Shown: positions 56,821-64,000 of the stretch, piece by piece
Layout: every line of letters begins with the position of its first letter
Numbering within the stretch: the first letter of the stretch is position 1
Assembly (NCBI GenBank): GCA_019638515.1
Contig: JAHBTS010000002.1
Coordinates: 87,395 to 151,394 of the forward strand
Reading direction: 5' to 3'
Source: Chitinophagales bacterium
GTDB taxonomy: Bacteria; Bacteroidota; Bacteroidia; Chitinophagales; LD1
DNA: 64,000 bases
The notes under the pieces: model-generated
Databases searched by the model: none
Told to the model about the DNA's origin: nothing
The model's input: only the letters and a program-made list of their open reading frames with translations
Position numbers and translations under genes: made by a program

Positions 56821-57357
56821 TTAGCTTTTGCGTGCTTTAAAACTCCATGTAACTTTAAAAACTGCCTCTACGGTTCCATCGGCAGAAATGCCTTTGGAAA
56901 TAGTAGTGCAGGTTTTTCCTTCGCCCGAAGCAATGGATTCTTCTATGGTTTCGCGTATTCGTTTTCCCTCGTGGCAAGAGAATGTAGTTATGCCGGTTGC
57001 CTTTTTTACAAACTCGGCTTCAATTCCGGTTACTAAAACTGCTACCGATGGCTTCGATTTATAAGTCCCCATCATACTCAACATGCCGCTGCTCATTTCG
57101 GCTGCCATTGCCAATACTGCAAAGTAGGTGCTGCGAAACGGATTTTTATTCAACCATTTGTATGGCACTGTAATTTCGCAGGCTTCGCTCGATAGCGATT
57201 TTACTTTCAATCCTGCTAAAAAACCCATGGGCAATTTTTGCAAAAGGAACAATCTGAATAGGATGGGATTCTTCACAGTTTTAATAAAATCGGCATCAAC
57301 TTTGAGCTGATTGGCTTGATATTGCTGTACTTGAGGATGAATGGTTGTTGTTTCCAT
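56821..57357 (-). CDS. DUF4442 (hotdog-fold, thioesterase-like) protein
   Basis: 178 aa. The pattern FRLFLLQKLPMGFLAGLKV...NPFRSTYFAVLAMAAEMSSG is as I recall for DUF4442. Confidence 0.6.
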   Translation of the reverse strand: METTTIHPQVQQYQANQLKVDADFIKTVKNPILFRLFLLQKLPMGFLAGLKVKSLSSEACEITVPYKWLNKNPFRSTYFAVLAMAAEMSSGMLSMMGTYKSKPSVAVLVTGIEAEFVKKATGITTFSCHEGKRIRETIEESIASGEGKTCTTISKGISADGTVEAVFKVTWSFKARKS

Positions 57358-57359
57358 AT

Positions 57360-58028
57360 CTATAATTTCTGTATAATTTCTATTAGTTCTTTATTGAGTT
57401 CTTGCTTGGCTAAAGCGATATTTTTTTCGCCAGTTACCAAGTTCTCTATTACTGCGGCTAAGTGGTAAAAACTTACGCGCTTCCATAAACAAGGATACGA
57501 AAAATAAATACCATCAACTGTTTCTATATGTGGTTTATATTTCTCTATTCTAATTTTCTTGAGTGTGGCATGGTGCGAGCTAATGGCTGATGTAATACTG
57601 AATACTTTTTTGTAAGGGAGAAAAACATTCAAATAGCTGTTGGTTTTATTTACCAAACCGCCCAATTGGTGCGGGTGTTCGGCAGTGTGCATATATCCTG
57701 TGTCGTATAAATCTTTAAACGAATCTTCAATCAAATTCCCATCGCTTGCCGGAAAATCGCGAACGATATTTACTACCTGCCCTACCGCAATACTATCCAT
57801 CAGCGCATGTGCTTCGCTTAACTTCAAAATTAAATTATAGTGGCTTTTCAATATACATTCCGTAAGATGAAATCCCACTTTAAAGCCACCAAATCCGGTT
57901 TCTAAAATTTCAATTTTATGCTGCTTAAATGCAATATTATTATCGTTGATTACAGCATGTTGTTGCTGAAACCATTGCAGTGTATCGCTTATGATATCGC
58001 GATGATTGCATACCAGTAAAAGTTTCAT
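57360..58028 (-). CDS. nucleoside phosphorylase-fold protein, divergent futalosine hydrolase (MqnB)-like
   Basis: 222 aa. Layout parallels MqnB-type proteins (MKLLLV..., ILETGFGG, GQVVNI, IETVDGIYFSYPC, NKELIEII). The positions corresponding to GxAG and ME(G/S)AA are substituted. Confidence 0.35.
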   Translation of the reverse strand: MKLLLVCNHRDIISDTLQWFQQQHAVINDNNIAFKQHKIEILETGFGGFKVGFHLTECILKSHYNLILKLSEAHALMDSIAVGQVVNIVRDFPASDGNLIEDSFKDLYDTGYMHTAEHPHQLGGLVNKTNSYLNVFLPYKKVFSITSAISSHHATLKKIRIEKYKPHIETVDGIYFSYPCLWKRVSFYHLAAVIENLVTGEKNIALAKQELNKELIEIIQKL

Positions 58029-58085
58029 TCTATAAATTATTTAGCAAACAAAAGCAAATGTAACCGCTCTGTGTTTTGCTACAAG

Positions 58086-60125
58086 TTATTGATTGAAGGC
58101 ATAACTGAGTGTAACAATAAAATTACGACCCTGGCGCGGGATATTGCCCCAATCTAAATGTTCACGATAATTGGTATCCAATACATTCTCTACTGCAAAA
58201 TTCAACTGTAGTAAATGGCTTTGCAATAGTAATTGGTATCCGGTGCGCAAATGCAGTAAACCATAGGCAGGTGTGGCACTTTCGCCCGATAAACTATTTA
58301 CTCTTTTTTGTGCAAGCGCCCATTCTGCTTCTGCTTGAATATGGCAGCCTTTTATTGAATAACGCACTACGTGATAGCATTTTAATGGAGCAATTTGCGG
58401 CAATGGCTCACCGCTAGTTAATTGAGCATAACTGTATTTTGCTGTGTGCATGCTTCTAAATCCTTTAATATCGTTGAGCTGTAGTTTGCCTTCTACTCCT
58501 GTAATGAATGCCTGCCCCATATTTTCGAATTGCTTTACACCTCTAGCGCCCTCGGTCATAGCACTAAAACCAGATTGCTTTGCTCCCATAATGTAATTGT
58601 AGATATGATTGTAAAACACAGCTCCACTAATGCTAAAATACTTATGTACAGCCCCAATATTCCACTCTGTCTGTAAGGTGCGTTCGTTTTTTAGCTTGGT
58701 ATTGCCAATGTAATCGAACCCATCGAAACGATTGTAAAGATAAAAACCAAATAACTCTCCGGCATTAGGTGAACGCTCGCCATAGGAAAGCAACAGCTTA
58801 GAGATGAAATACTTTTTGAACAAGGCATGATAGCTGGCACTCACCGTGGGCGTAACTCTATTTACAACAGTATCGGCCGAAAAAATACTTGCTTGCTTGC
58901 GAGCAAAATCCGACACAAGCGCTGCACGCATGTATTCTACTCTAGCATTCAATTGTATGCTTTGCTGCTTAGAAAATTCAAAGATATCTTCAACATAAAG
59001 TCCGGCAAAATGGCGGAAATTATCGGGCAGCGTAAGCATAAACATAGGTTGCCCTTTTTCGGGATACATGGTCATTTCTGCCTTCGAAAAATTTCCTGCA
59101 TAATCTGCACGTACCTTAATTTTATTACGGCTACTGGTTTGTAAGTTTGCTTCAGAGAACCAACCTGCAGTGTAGCTCCAACCCGGCATATCCATGTGCA
59201 TGAGTGTGTCTTCGCGCTGCGTATCGTCCATTGCATGGTATATATGATTGAAATATACCTTAGATTCTATATTCCTTACCACTAAATTACTCGAAACCCA
59301 TACATGCGACACAGAGGCGATGTTGGCAATTGCCTTGCCGGCATCCATTGTAAGAGACGGATAACCTATATTCCAACCAATATCGCCCACATAATCCAAT
59401 ATAATTTTATGTTGCTTAGGTAAGCGAAATGCCACCGAAGTACCAAAGTTCACCTTTTCATAAGCCGAATGCTTTACCAAACTTCCGCCACCGGCTCGGT
59501 AGTTAAAGGCTTTTCGGTAAGTGCCATTAACGCGTAGTGCTACTTTCTCAAAACTTAAATTAACGGCAGCTGCTACATTAAAAGCATTGTTTATGCTGCT
59601 ATAAGAAGAAGTTGCGTTGGTGTAAATTTTGCGACAATGCGAAAACGCAGCCTGTTTCATTTCCATATCAAGTGCTCCTCCAATTGAAGCTCCGGTTTTA
59701 CTACCCGATGCGCCATGTGTGGCGTGTATGGTTTGCAAATTATTGGGTTCTATATATATAGTTGCCGGATCCATTTTGTCGGTACAGGCTCCATAAATGC
59801 GCATACCGTTTATAGTTACATTTATTTGCCCTGCAGAATATGCCCTCAGCACCGGCTCCAAACCATAAGCTCCGCGCTTAATAAGCGAAACGCCCATCAT
59901 TCGTGCCAAAACATCTTCGGTAGTGGCAAGTTTGTTTGCTTTATAGAAATTGGCAGATTGCGTGTTTTCATTGCTATGCGATTGATCGCACACAACCACT
60001 TCGCTTAACTCTAATGTTTTAAGCACTGCAGAAGAGTCTTCGAGTGTATTGCTTTGCCCGGCAGCACACTTAGAAGGTGCTGCCTGCAAAGTCAAAAAAA
60101 ACAATAAACAAACAAATAGCTTCAT
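58086..60125 (-). CDS. TonB-dependent outer-membrane transporter with an OprC/NosA-like CxxxM...HxM signature (candidate copper receptor)
   Basis: Signal peptide, TonB-box-like LELSEVVV, a plug domain and a 22-strand-size barrel. C114-TDK-M118 and H297-A-M299 were checked against the DNA codons. The start shares one nucleotide with the upstream lipoprotein stop (TAATG). Confidence 0.85.
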   Translation of the reverse strand: MKLFVCLLFFLTLQAAPSKCAAGQSNTLEDSSAVLKTLELSEVVVCDQSHSNENTQSANFYKANKLATTEDVLARMMGVSLIKRGAYGLEPVLRAYSAGQINVTINGMRIYGACTDKMDPATIYIEPNNLQTIHATHGASGSKTGASIGGALDMEMKQAAFSHCRKIYTNATSSYSSINNAFNVAAAVNLSFEKVALRVNGTYRKAFNYRAGGGSLVKHSAYEKVNFGTSVAFRLPKQHKIILDYVGDIGWNIGYPSLTMDAGKAIANIASVSHVWVSSNLVVRNIESKVYFNHIYHAMDDTQREDTLMHMDMPGWSYTAGWFSEANLQTSSRNKIKVRADYAGNFSKAEMTMYPEKGQPMFMLTLPDNFRHFAGLYVEDIFEFSKQQSIQLNARVEYMRAALVSDFARKQASIFSADTVVNRVTPTVSASYHALFKKYFISKLLLSYGERSPNAGELFGFYLYNRFDGFDYIGNTKLKNERTLQTEWNIGAVHKYFSISGAVFYNHIYNYIMGAKQSGFSAMTEGARGVKQFENMGQAFITGVEGKLQLNDIKGFRSMHTAKYSYAQLTSGEPLPQIAPLKCYHVVRYSIKGCHIQAEAEWALAQKRVNSLSGESATPAYGLLHLRTGYQLLLQSHLLQLNFAVENVLDTNYREHLDWGNIPRQGRNFIVTLSYAFNQ

Positions 60126-60955
60126 TATGGTATTATCACATCAAAGTAAAGAGTAGAGTCGGCAACAGTTCCATTATTACTAAGCGTAAGAAATATGCGC
60201 CAATCGCCACTCATGGTAAAATTCAATTTCCCTTTGTAATGGCCGTTTTTATCTATTACCGGATTTTCGTTTAGCGGAGAGCCATGCCCCATCGAAAGCA
60301 TTTGTGGATCTACGGTTACGGTGTAATTGTCGGCTGCCGGAAAACTAGTCATACTCACTTTTTTGTGAATGGCAATTTCAAAATCGTTTACGCCCACTAT
60401 TGGTACAAATGGCTTTACAACGGATACAAACAATTTGGTTCCATCGTTTAGCGTAGTAATTGATTTTAGCCTGCTCAAAGCAGGCTGTGCTACATCTACA
60501 TCTAAGCTGGCGGTTCCTTGCAACCCTGTTTTATTGTTCTTTACAACAACATTGAGTTTCCATGTATTTCCGGTACTGCTGGGCATAGAATATACCACAG
60601 CACATTCAAACAAACCATCGGTTGGTTTAGAATTGGTAGCATTTTCAAAAGGAGAAGAATGTTCCATTCCACCCATCATTGTCATCATAGGCAAAAGTTC
60701 AATATCAGCATCTACTTGTCTTTCGTTAGTAGCAGAATCGTACAGTGCAATAAACAAAGCATTGTAGCCTGTAAAAAAACTATCAGCAGCATACACTTCA
60801 ACTCGTGTTGCAGCGCCCGCAGCATAGCCGGATGCCATCATTTTAAGGTTCGTAGGAATGGGATATTGTTTGTTGGGATTGTTTTCTTTTTTACAAGATG
60901 ATAATATAATAGCTGAAAGTACAACGGCTGTTGCCGCCATAAAATAATTTTTCAT
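60125..60955 (-). CDS. lipoprotein with two tandem Ig-like domains carrying Met/His motifs (YtkA-like)
   Basis: Lipobox ILSSC. Two ~120-aa halves share the pattern ...P.M..MG(G)..H.SP...(N/E)........G.(Y/F)...........G.W.........G. The motifs are MMTMMGGMEHSSP and QMLSMGHGSP. Confidence 0.6.
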   Translation of the reverse strand: MKNYFMAATAVVLSAIILSSCKKENNPNKQYPIPTNLKMMASGYAAGAATRVEVYAADSFFTGYNALFIALYDSATNERQVDADIELLPMMTMMGGMEHSSPFENATNSKPTDGLFECAVVYSMPSSTGNTWKLNVVVKNNKTGLQGTASLDVDVAQPALSRLKSITTLNDGTKLFVSVVKPFVPIVGVNDFEIAIHKKVSMTSFPAADNYTVTVDPQMLSMGHGSPLNENPVIDKNGHYKGKLNFTMSGDWRIFLTLSNNGTVADSTLYFDVIIP

Positions 60956-61073
60956 AACGTGTTGTATTCAATAAAATTTAGAAAGAATGGCAACTAAGAA
61001 ACGTGTTGAACTACCAATTTACAAACGTTGCCTCAATGGTAGATTGTTTATACATAGTTCAAGCTATAACACA

Positions 61074-61466
61074 TTATGCTGGCGGGTGAAAGATATTATT
61101 GAACAAAGGAGAAACATAAAAAAATGGAGCGTAATCCGCTTGCAAAGTTTCATCCTCTTCATAAAAAGCAAAAGGCAAGCCGCCTTCCGGAATATCCATT
61201 AAAATTTCTTCGTGAAACAAAAGCGCAGCAGGAGCCGATGAGTCTTCTTGCTTATCGTGCTGCTTTAATTGTTTGGTAAGGTAACATTTACCATTGCAGT
61301 GTTTCGATTTATTTGCGCGGTTTTCGCACAACTTTACAGCAATGTATTCTTTGTTTATTAAATAACTAATTAAAACGCCTCCCTTGCCAGTACTTTCAAC
61401 CATAATACCTGCCGCTAAAAACAGAATAAACAGAAGAGAAAGAAAGCTATGGGTAGTATGCTTCAT
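61074..61466 (-). CDS. hypothetical small membrane-anchored protein with a C-x9-HC-x3-C motif
   Basis: 130 aa. N-terminal TM helix, LCENRANKSKHCNGKCYL, an acidic C-terminal half and a terminal HPPA. Confidence 0.5.
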   Translation of the reverse strand: MKHTTHSFLSLLFILFLAAGIMVESTGKGGVLISYLINKEYIAVKLCENRANKSKHCNGKCYLTKQLKQHDKQEDSSAPAALLFHEEILMDIPEGGLPFAFYEEDETLQADYAPFFYVSPLFNNIFHPPA

Positions 61467-61538
61467 TTGCAGGCAAATATAACATCCAATTATTGAGATA
61501 AAAGATGACTTACATCAGAAAATCACATGACATCCATT

Positions 61539-61763
61539 TTATGGAACAGGATCGTGTCCGTGCCCTCCCCACGGATGGCAACTTGCAATGCGCTTAGCAG
61601 CTAGCCATGTTCCTTTAAACACACCATGTTTGCGAATTGCCTCAATACTATATTGCGAACAAGTGGGCGTATAGCGGCACGATGGAGGCAATATAGGCGA
61701 TAGAAATACTTGGTAAAACCTTATGGGCAAAACAACAATACCAATAATTATTTTTTTAACCAT
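61539..61763 (-). CDS. yidD: membrane protein insertion efficiency factor YidD
   Basis: [32 protein letters not shown]...[17 protein letters not shown] is the YidD signature. ATG 61763 is preferred over the tracked GTG at 61778. Confidence 0.85.
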   Translation of the reverse strand: MVKKIIIGIVVLPIRFYQVFLSPILPPSCRYTPTCSQYSIEAIRKHGVFKGTWLAAKRIASCHPWGGHGHDPVP

Positions 61764-61808
61764 GCTCGAATGCAACACTAATGAATATTACACTGGTTGC
61801 ATAAAACT

Positions 61809-61838
61809 AAAAAGCCATTGAAATTTCAATGGCTTTTT
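61809..61838. terminator. perfect 30-bp palindrome acting as an intrinsic terminator
   Basis: AAAAAGCCATTGAAA|TTTCAATGGCTTTTT lies 22 nt after the stop of the 61861..62181 gene (minus strand). There is an A-run and a T-run on either side. Confidence 0.7.
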
Positions 61839-61860
61839 AACTATGAGATAAAGAACAAAG

Positions 61861-62181
61861 TTATTTAATAGATATGGTTTGCTCTTTTTCGTTTTCTCTA
61901 CCGCCTAAAATAGCCGTAAGTTTTACAACTATATTGGAATCAATAGAATCAAAAGAACGGTAAAACATTTTTGAATAATAAACGCTATCAGGGCGATCGC
62001 TGAATGTCCATTTAAACTGAGTGGCATCTTTTGAACAAGAAGCATCAAACAAAATTGGCTGGTTTACATACAAGCTATCTACGCTGGTACCAACAGAAAA
62101 ACATGCAGAAGGTTCTTTTCCACAAGAAGTTAAGAGTGTAACTAAGATTACAAATGCGAATGGAATTTTTAGATATTTCAT
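61861..62181 (-). CDS. small lipoprotein with a single PKD/Ig-like domain
   Basis: Start chosen at ATG 62181 (MKYLKIPFAFVILVTLLTSCGK, a lipobox). The tracked ORF extends upstream into the preceding gene. Confidence 0.55.
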   Translation of the reverse strand: MKYLKIPFAFVILVTLLTSCGKEPSACFSVGTSVDSLYVNQPILFDASCSKDATQFKWTFSDRPDSVYYSKMFYRSFDSIDSNIVVKLTAILGGRENEKEQTISIK

Positions 62182-62233
62182 TTTTAGTATCAATTTCGAA
62201 AACAAGTTTAAAATAAATTTTGAAACTGTTTGT

Positions 62234-63439
62234 TTATTCCTTGTAGTAATTGCCCGAAGCATTGCTGCTAAACGTAACTTGGTTGGTGGTGTCAATGTTT
62301 GCCGATGGCATTGTTACATAAATTCCGTAAGCCGCACTTCCCGAAATAGTAGAATAACTTATCTTAAAAGTTCCTGCACTGTATGCTCCGGCAACCACAT
62401 TACCTTTTTGGCTAGTGTTGCCTGTAAACGAAGAAGCTCCGGCATAGCTAATATCGGCATACCTAATTTCATTCAGCGGACTATTGCTTTGGAAAGCAAT
62501 TCCTTTCCATGCACCCGGCAATAACGATTCACCTGTAAGTACAATTCTTTCTGTTGCTGTTCCAATAATCTTTAAGGAAGAACTATTGGCATAATCACCA
62601 ATAGTCAAGCCCTGATCCAAAGCAAATTGCACCACCACACCCGGTTGAATGGTTAGGTCTCCGGCATTGCCATAATCACCAACCACTACCGTATTTTTTA
62701 CTATATAAGGTACTGCCAGTTTTTTCCAAACATGTGTGCCAACTAAAACACCGCCACGCACCAAAATTTTATTCTGTGTATTGCCTTGGTATTGGCTTCC
62801 TGCTCCATCTAAACTGTTTAATACAGTAGCTAAAGTAGAAATCGGATAATTCGCATTTTCCGTAAACTCATTATTACTAAATGCAGCAATAGGATTGTTT
62901 TGCTCCGAAACTATTCCGTCTATTAGCAGTCCATCGTAACCGCTTCCAATTATTTTGGTGTTGGTAATTTTAAGTTTTCCCGTAGCACTTACTCGCACAG
63001 CTGCTTTACTACTTAAATCACCATCAAAACTTGCACTTCCGGCATTTTCTACTGTGCAATTATTCAATTCATTTAATGGACTATTGCTCTGAAAATAAAT
63101 ACCCTTCCACAAACCCGGTGTAGCAGCCTTCGACTTAAAATTGATTGGTTTAGCAGCAGTGCCCACCGCTACCAATGCACCACCACTATTTACCCAAAAC
63201 CCGGCATTGGCTCCACATTGAATTACCACTCCTGGTTCAATTGTAAGTTGGGCGAAAACAGATACCACACAGTCTAAAGTATAATCAATACCTTCTCCCC
63301 TATCTTTTAAAACTTTATTAGCCGTAATATCGCTACAACTAATTGCTTCTGGTTCAATGGCGGTTGTGGTAGTATCTTTTTTACAAGCACCTATTCCCAA
63401 AAGAGAAGGCACTAAAAGCGTTAATAGTATCTTTTTCAT
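62234..63439 (-). CDS. lipoprotein with an internally duplicated parallel beta-helix-like domain
   Basis: Start chosen at ATG 63439 (MKKILLTLLVPSLLGIGACKK). The two halves share PG(L/A)WKGI(Y/A)FQSNSPLNE(L/I) followed by AG(S/A)(A/S)SF.G. The Gly/Asn/Val-rich strands suit a beta-helix. Confidence 0.6.
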   Translation of the reverse strand: MKKILLTLLVPSLLGIGACKKDTTTTAIEPEAISCSDITANKVLKDRGEGIDYTLDCVVSVFAQLTIEPGVVIQCGANAGFWVNSGGALVAVGTAAKPINFKSKAATPGLWKGIYFQSNSPLNELNNCTVENAGSASFDGDLSSKAAVRVSATGKLKITNTKIIGSGYDGLLIDGIVSEQNNPIAAFSNNEFTENANYPISTLATVLNSLDGAGSQYQGNTQNKILVRGGVLVGTHVWKKLAVPYIVKNTVVVGDYGNAGDLTIQPGVVVQFALDQGLTIGDYANSSSLKIIGTATERIVLTGESLLPGAWKGIAFQSNSPLNEIRYADISYAGASSFTGNTSQKGNVVAGAYSAGTFKISYSTISGSAAYGIYVTMPSANIDTTNQVTFSSNASGNYYKE

Positions 63440-63519
63440 TTTTCTATTTTGGGCAAAATTGAAATAAAAAACAGCGACTATCAAAACTTCGCCTGCACAG
63501 AATAAAATTATCCACACTC

Positions 63520-64000
63520 ATGGGAAACACTTTTGCCGAGAATTGTATGTTTGAGGCTGAAAATAACGCCATGCTTAATCAATTTACACCTACCGGCTCA
63601 CAAGATACCCGCTCCGGATTTGGAGATGCCATGCATTATCTTGGAAAAACCAATCCAAACGTTGTAGCACTTTGTGCAGACCTTACAGGTTCATTAAAGT
63701 TAGATGCTTTTTTAAAGGATTTTCCTGAGCGCTTTATTCAATGTGGAATTGCCGAAGCAAACATGATGGGTATCGCTGCCGGATTAACCATTGGCGGCAA
63801 AATTCCCTTTGCCACTACCTTTGCAAATTTTGCCACCGGAAGAGTTTACGATCAAATCCGCCAATCAATTGCATACAGTGGTAAAAATGTAAAAATAGCC
63901 GCATCGCATGCCGGATTAACCTTGGGCGAAGATGGTGCTACCCACCAAATTTTAGAAGATATTGGTTTGATGCAAATGTTGCCCGGCATGACCGTTATTA
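63520..64000 (+). CDS. transketolase family protein, C-terminal (pyrimidine-binding) subunit, 3' end outside the window
   Basis: Not in the ORF track because it runs off the window. My translation gives ...[36 protein letters not shown]...[18 protein letters not shown]...[22 protein letters not shown]. Alternative starts are at 63547 and 63571. Confidence 0.8.
   Translation, partial: MGNTFAENCMFEAENNAMLNQFTPTGSQDTRSGFGDAMHYLGKTNPNVVALCADLTGSLKLDAFLKDFPERFIQCGIAEANMMGIAAGLTIGGKIPFATTFANFATGRVYDQIRQSIAYSGKNVKIAASHAGLTLGEDGATHQILEDIGLMQMLPGMTVI

Noticed and set aside
60987-61202. 71-aa plus-strand ORF spanning the spacer upstream of the lipoprotein gene
   Set aside because: It runs antisense into the 130-aa gene and covers the likely promoter region. 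Its Lys/Arg-rich composition is typical of AT-rich noise.
62182-62295. N-terminal extensions of tracked ORFs (also 63440..63517, 38429..38452, 18437..18454, 61764..61778)
   Set aside because: Internal ATG codons give canonical lipoprotein signal peptides or conserved family N-termini. The extensions overlap neighbouring genes or begin at non-ATG codons.
1-64000. Search for mobile elements, prophage, defence genes, tRNA or rRNA
   Set aside because: I recognised no transposase, integrase, recombinase, restriction-modification, Cas, toxin-antitoxin or phage structural motifs in any long ORF. All intergenic gaps are about 200 bp or shorter and none showed a tRNA-like cloverleaf on reading. A dedicated tRNA/ncRNA scan was not possible here.

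Overview
The window reads as a chromosomal segment from a member of the Bacteroidota. The evidence is T9SS cargo proteins with both type A and type B C-terminal sorting domains, a PorP/SprF gene, DUF4835 and DUF5683 genes, and SprB-type repeats. The sequence looks AT-rich by eye; composition was not computed. I support about 50 tightly packed protein-coding genes. I found no rRNA, tRNA, CRISPR array, transposase, integrase or phage gene by reading. Content falls into four groups. (1) Four secreted T9SS substrates, three of them giant adhesin-like proteins of 1765, 1401 and 1561 aa, plus one PorP/SprF partner and an OmpA protein with thrombospondin-type repeats. (2) Core metabolism: a fadN-fadA-fadE beta-oxidation operon, hbd, an AidB-like dehydrogenase, metF, mpl, mtgA, rsmG, yidD, a stand-alone coaB and a transketolase subunit. 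(3) Two translationally coupled sugar-nucleotide epimerases, one closely resembling GDP-mannose 3,5-epimerase. (4) Transporters, peptidases and several small unknown proteins. I did not find a convincing defence, toxin or mobile system. The best candidate for an under-described module is at 58.1-61.5 kb on the minus strand. It comprises a TonB-dependent transporter with an OprC-like CxxxM...HxM signature, a translationally coupled lipoprotein made of two Met/His-motif domains, and a small Cys-motif membrane protein, which together suggest copper acquisition. All functional calls rest on motif recognition from memory. No database search was run.
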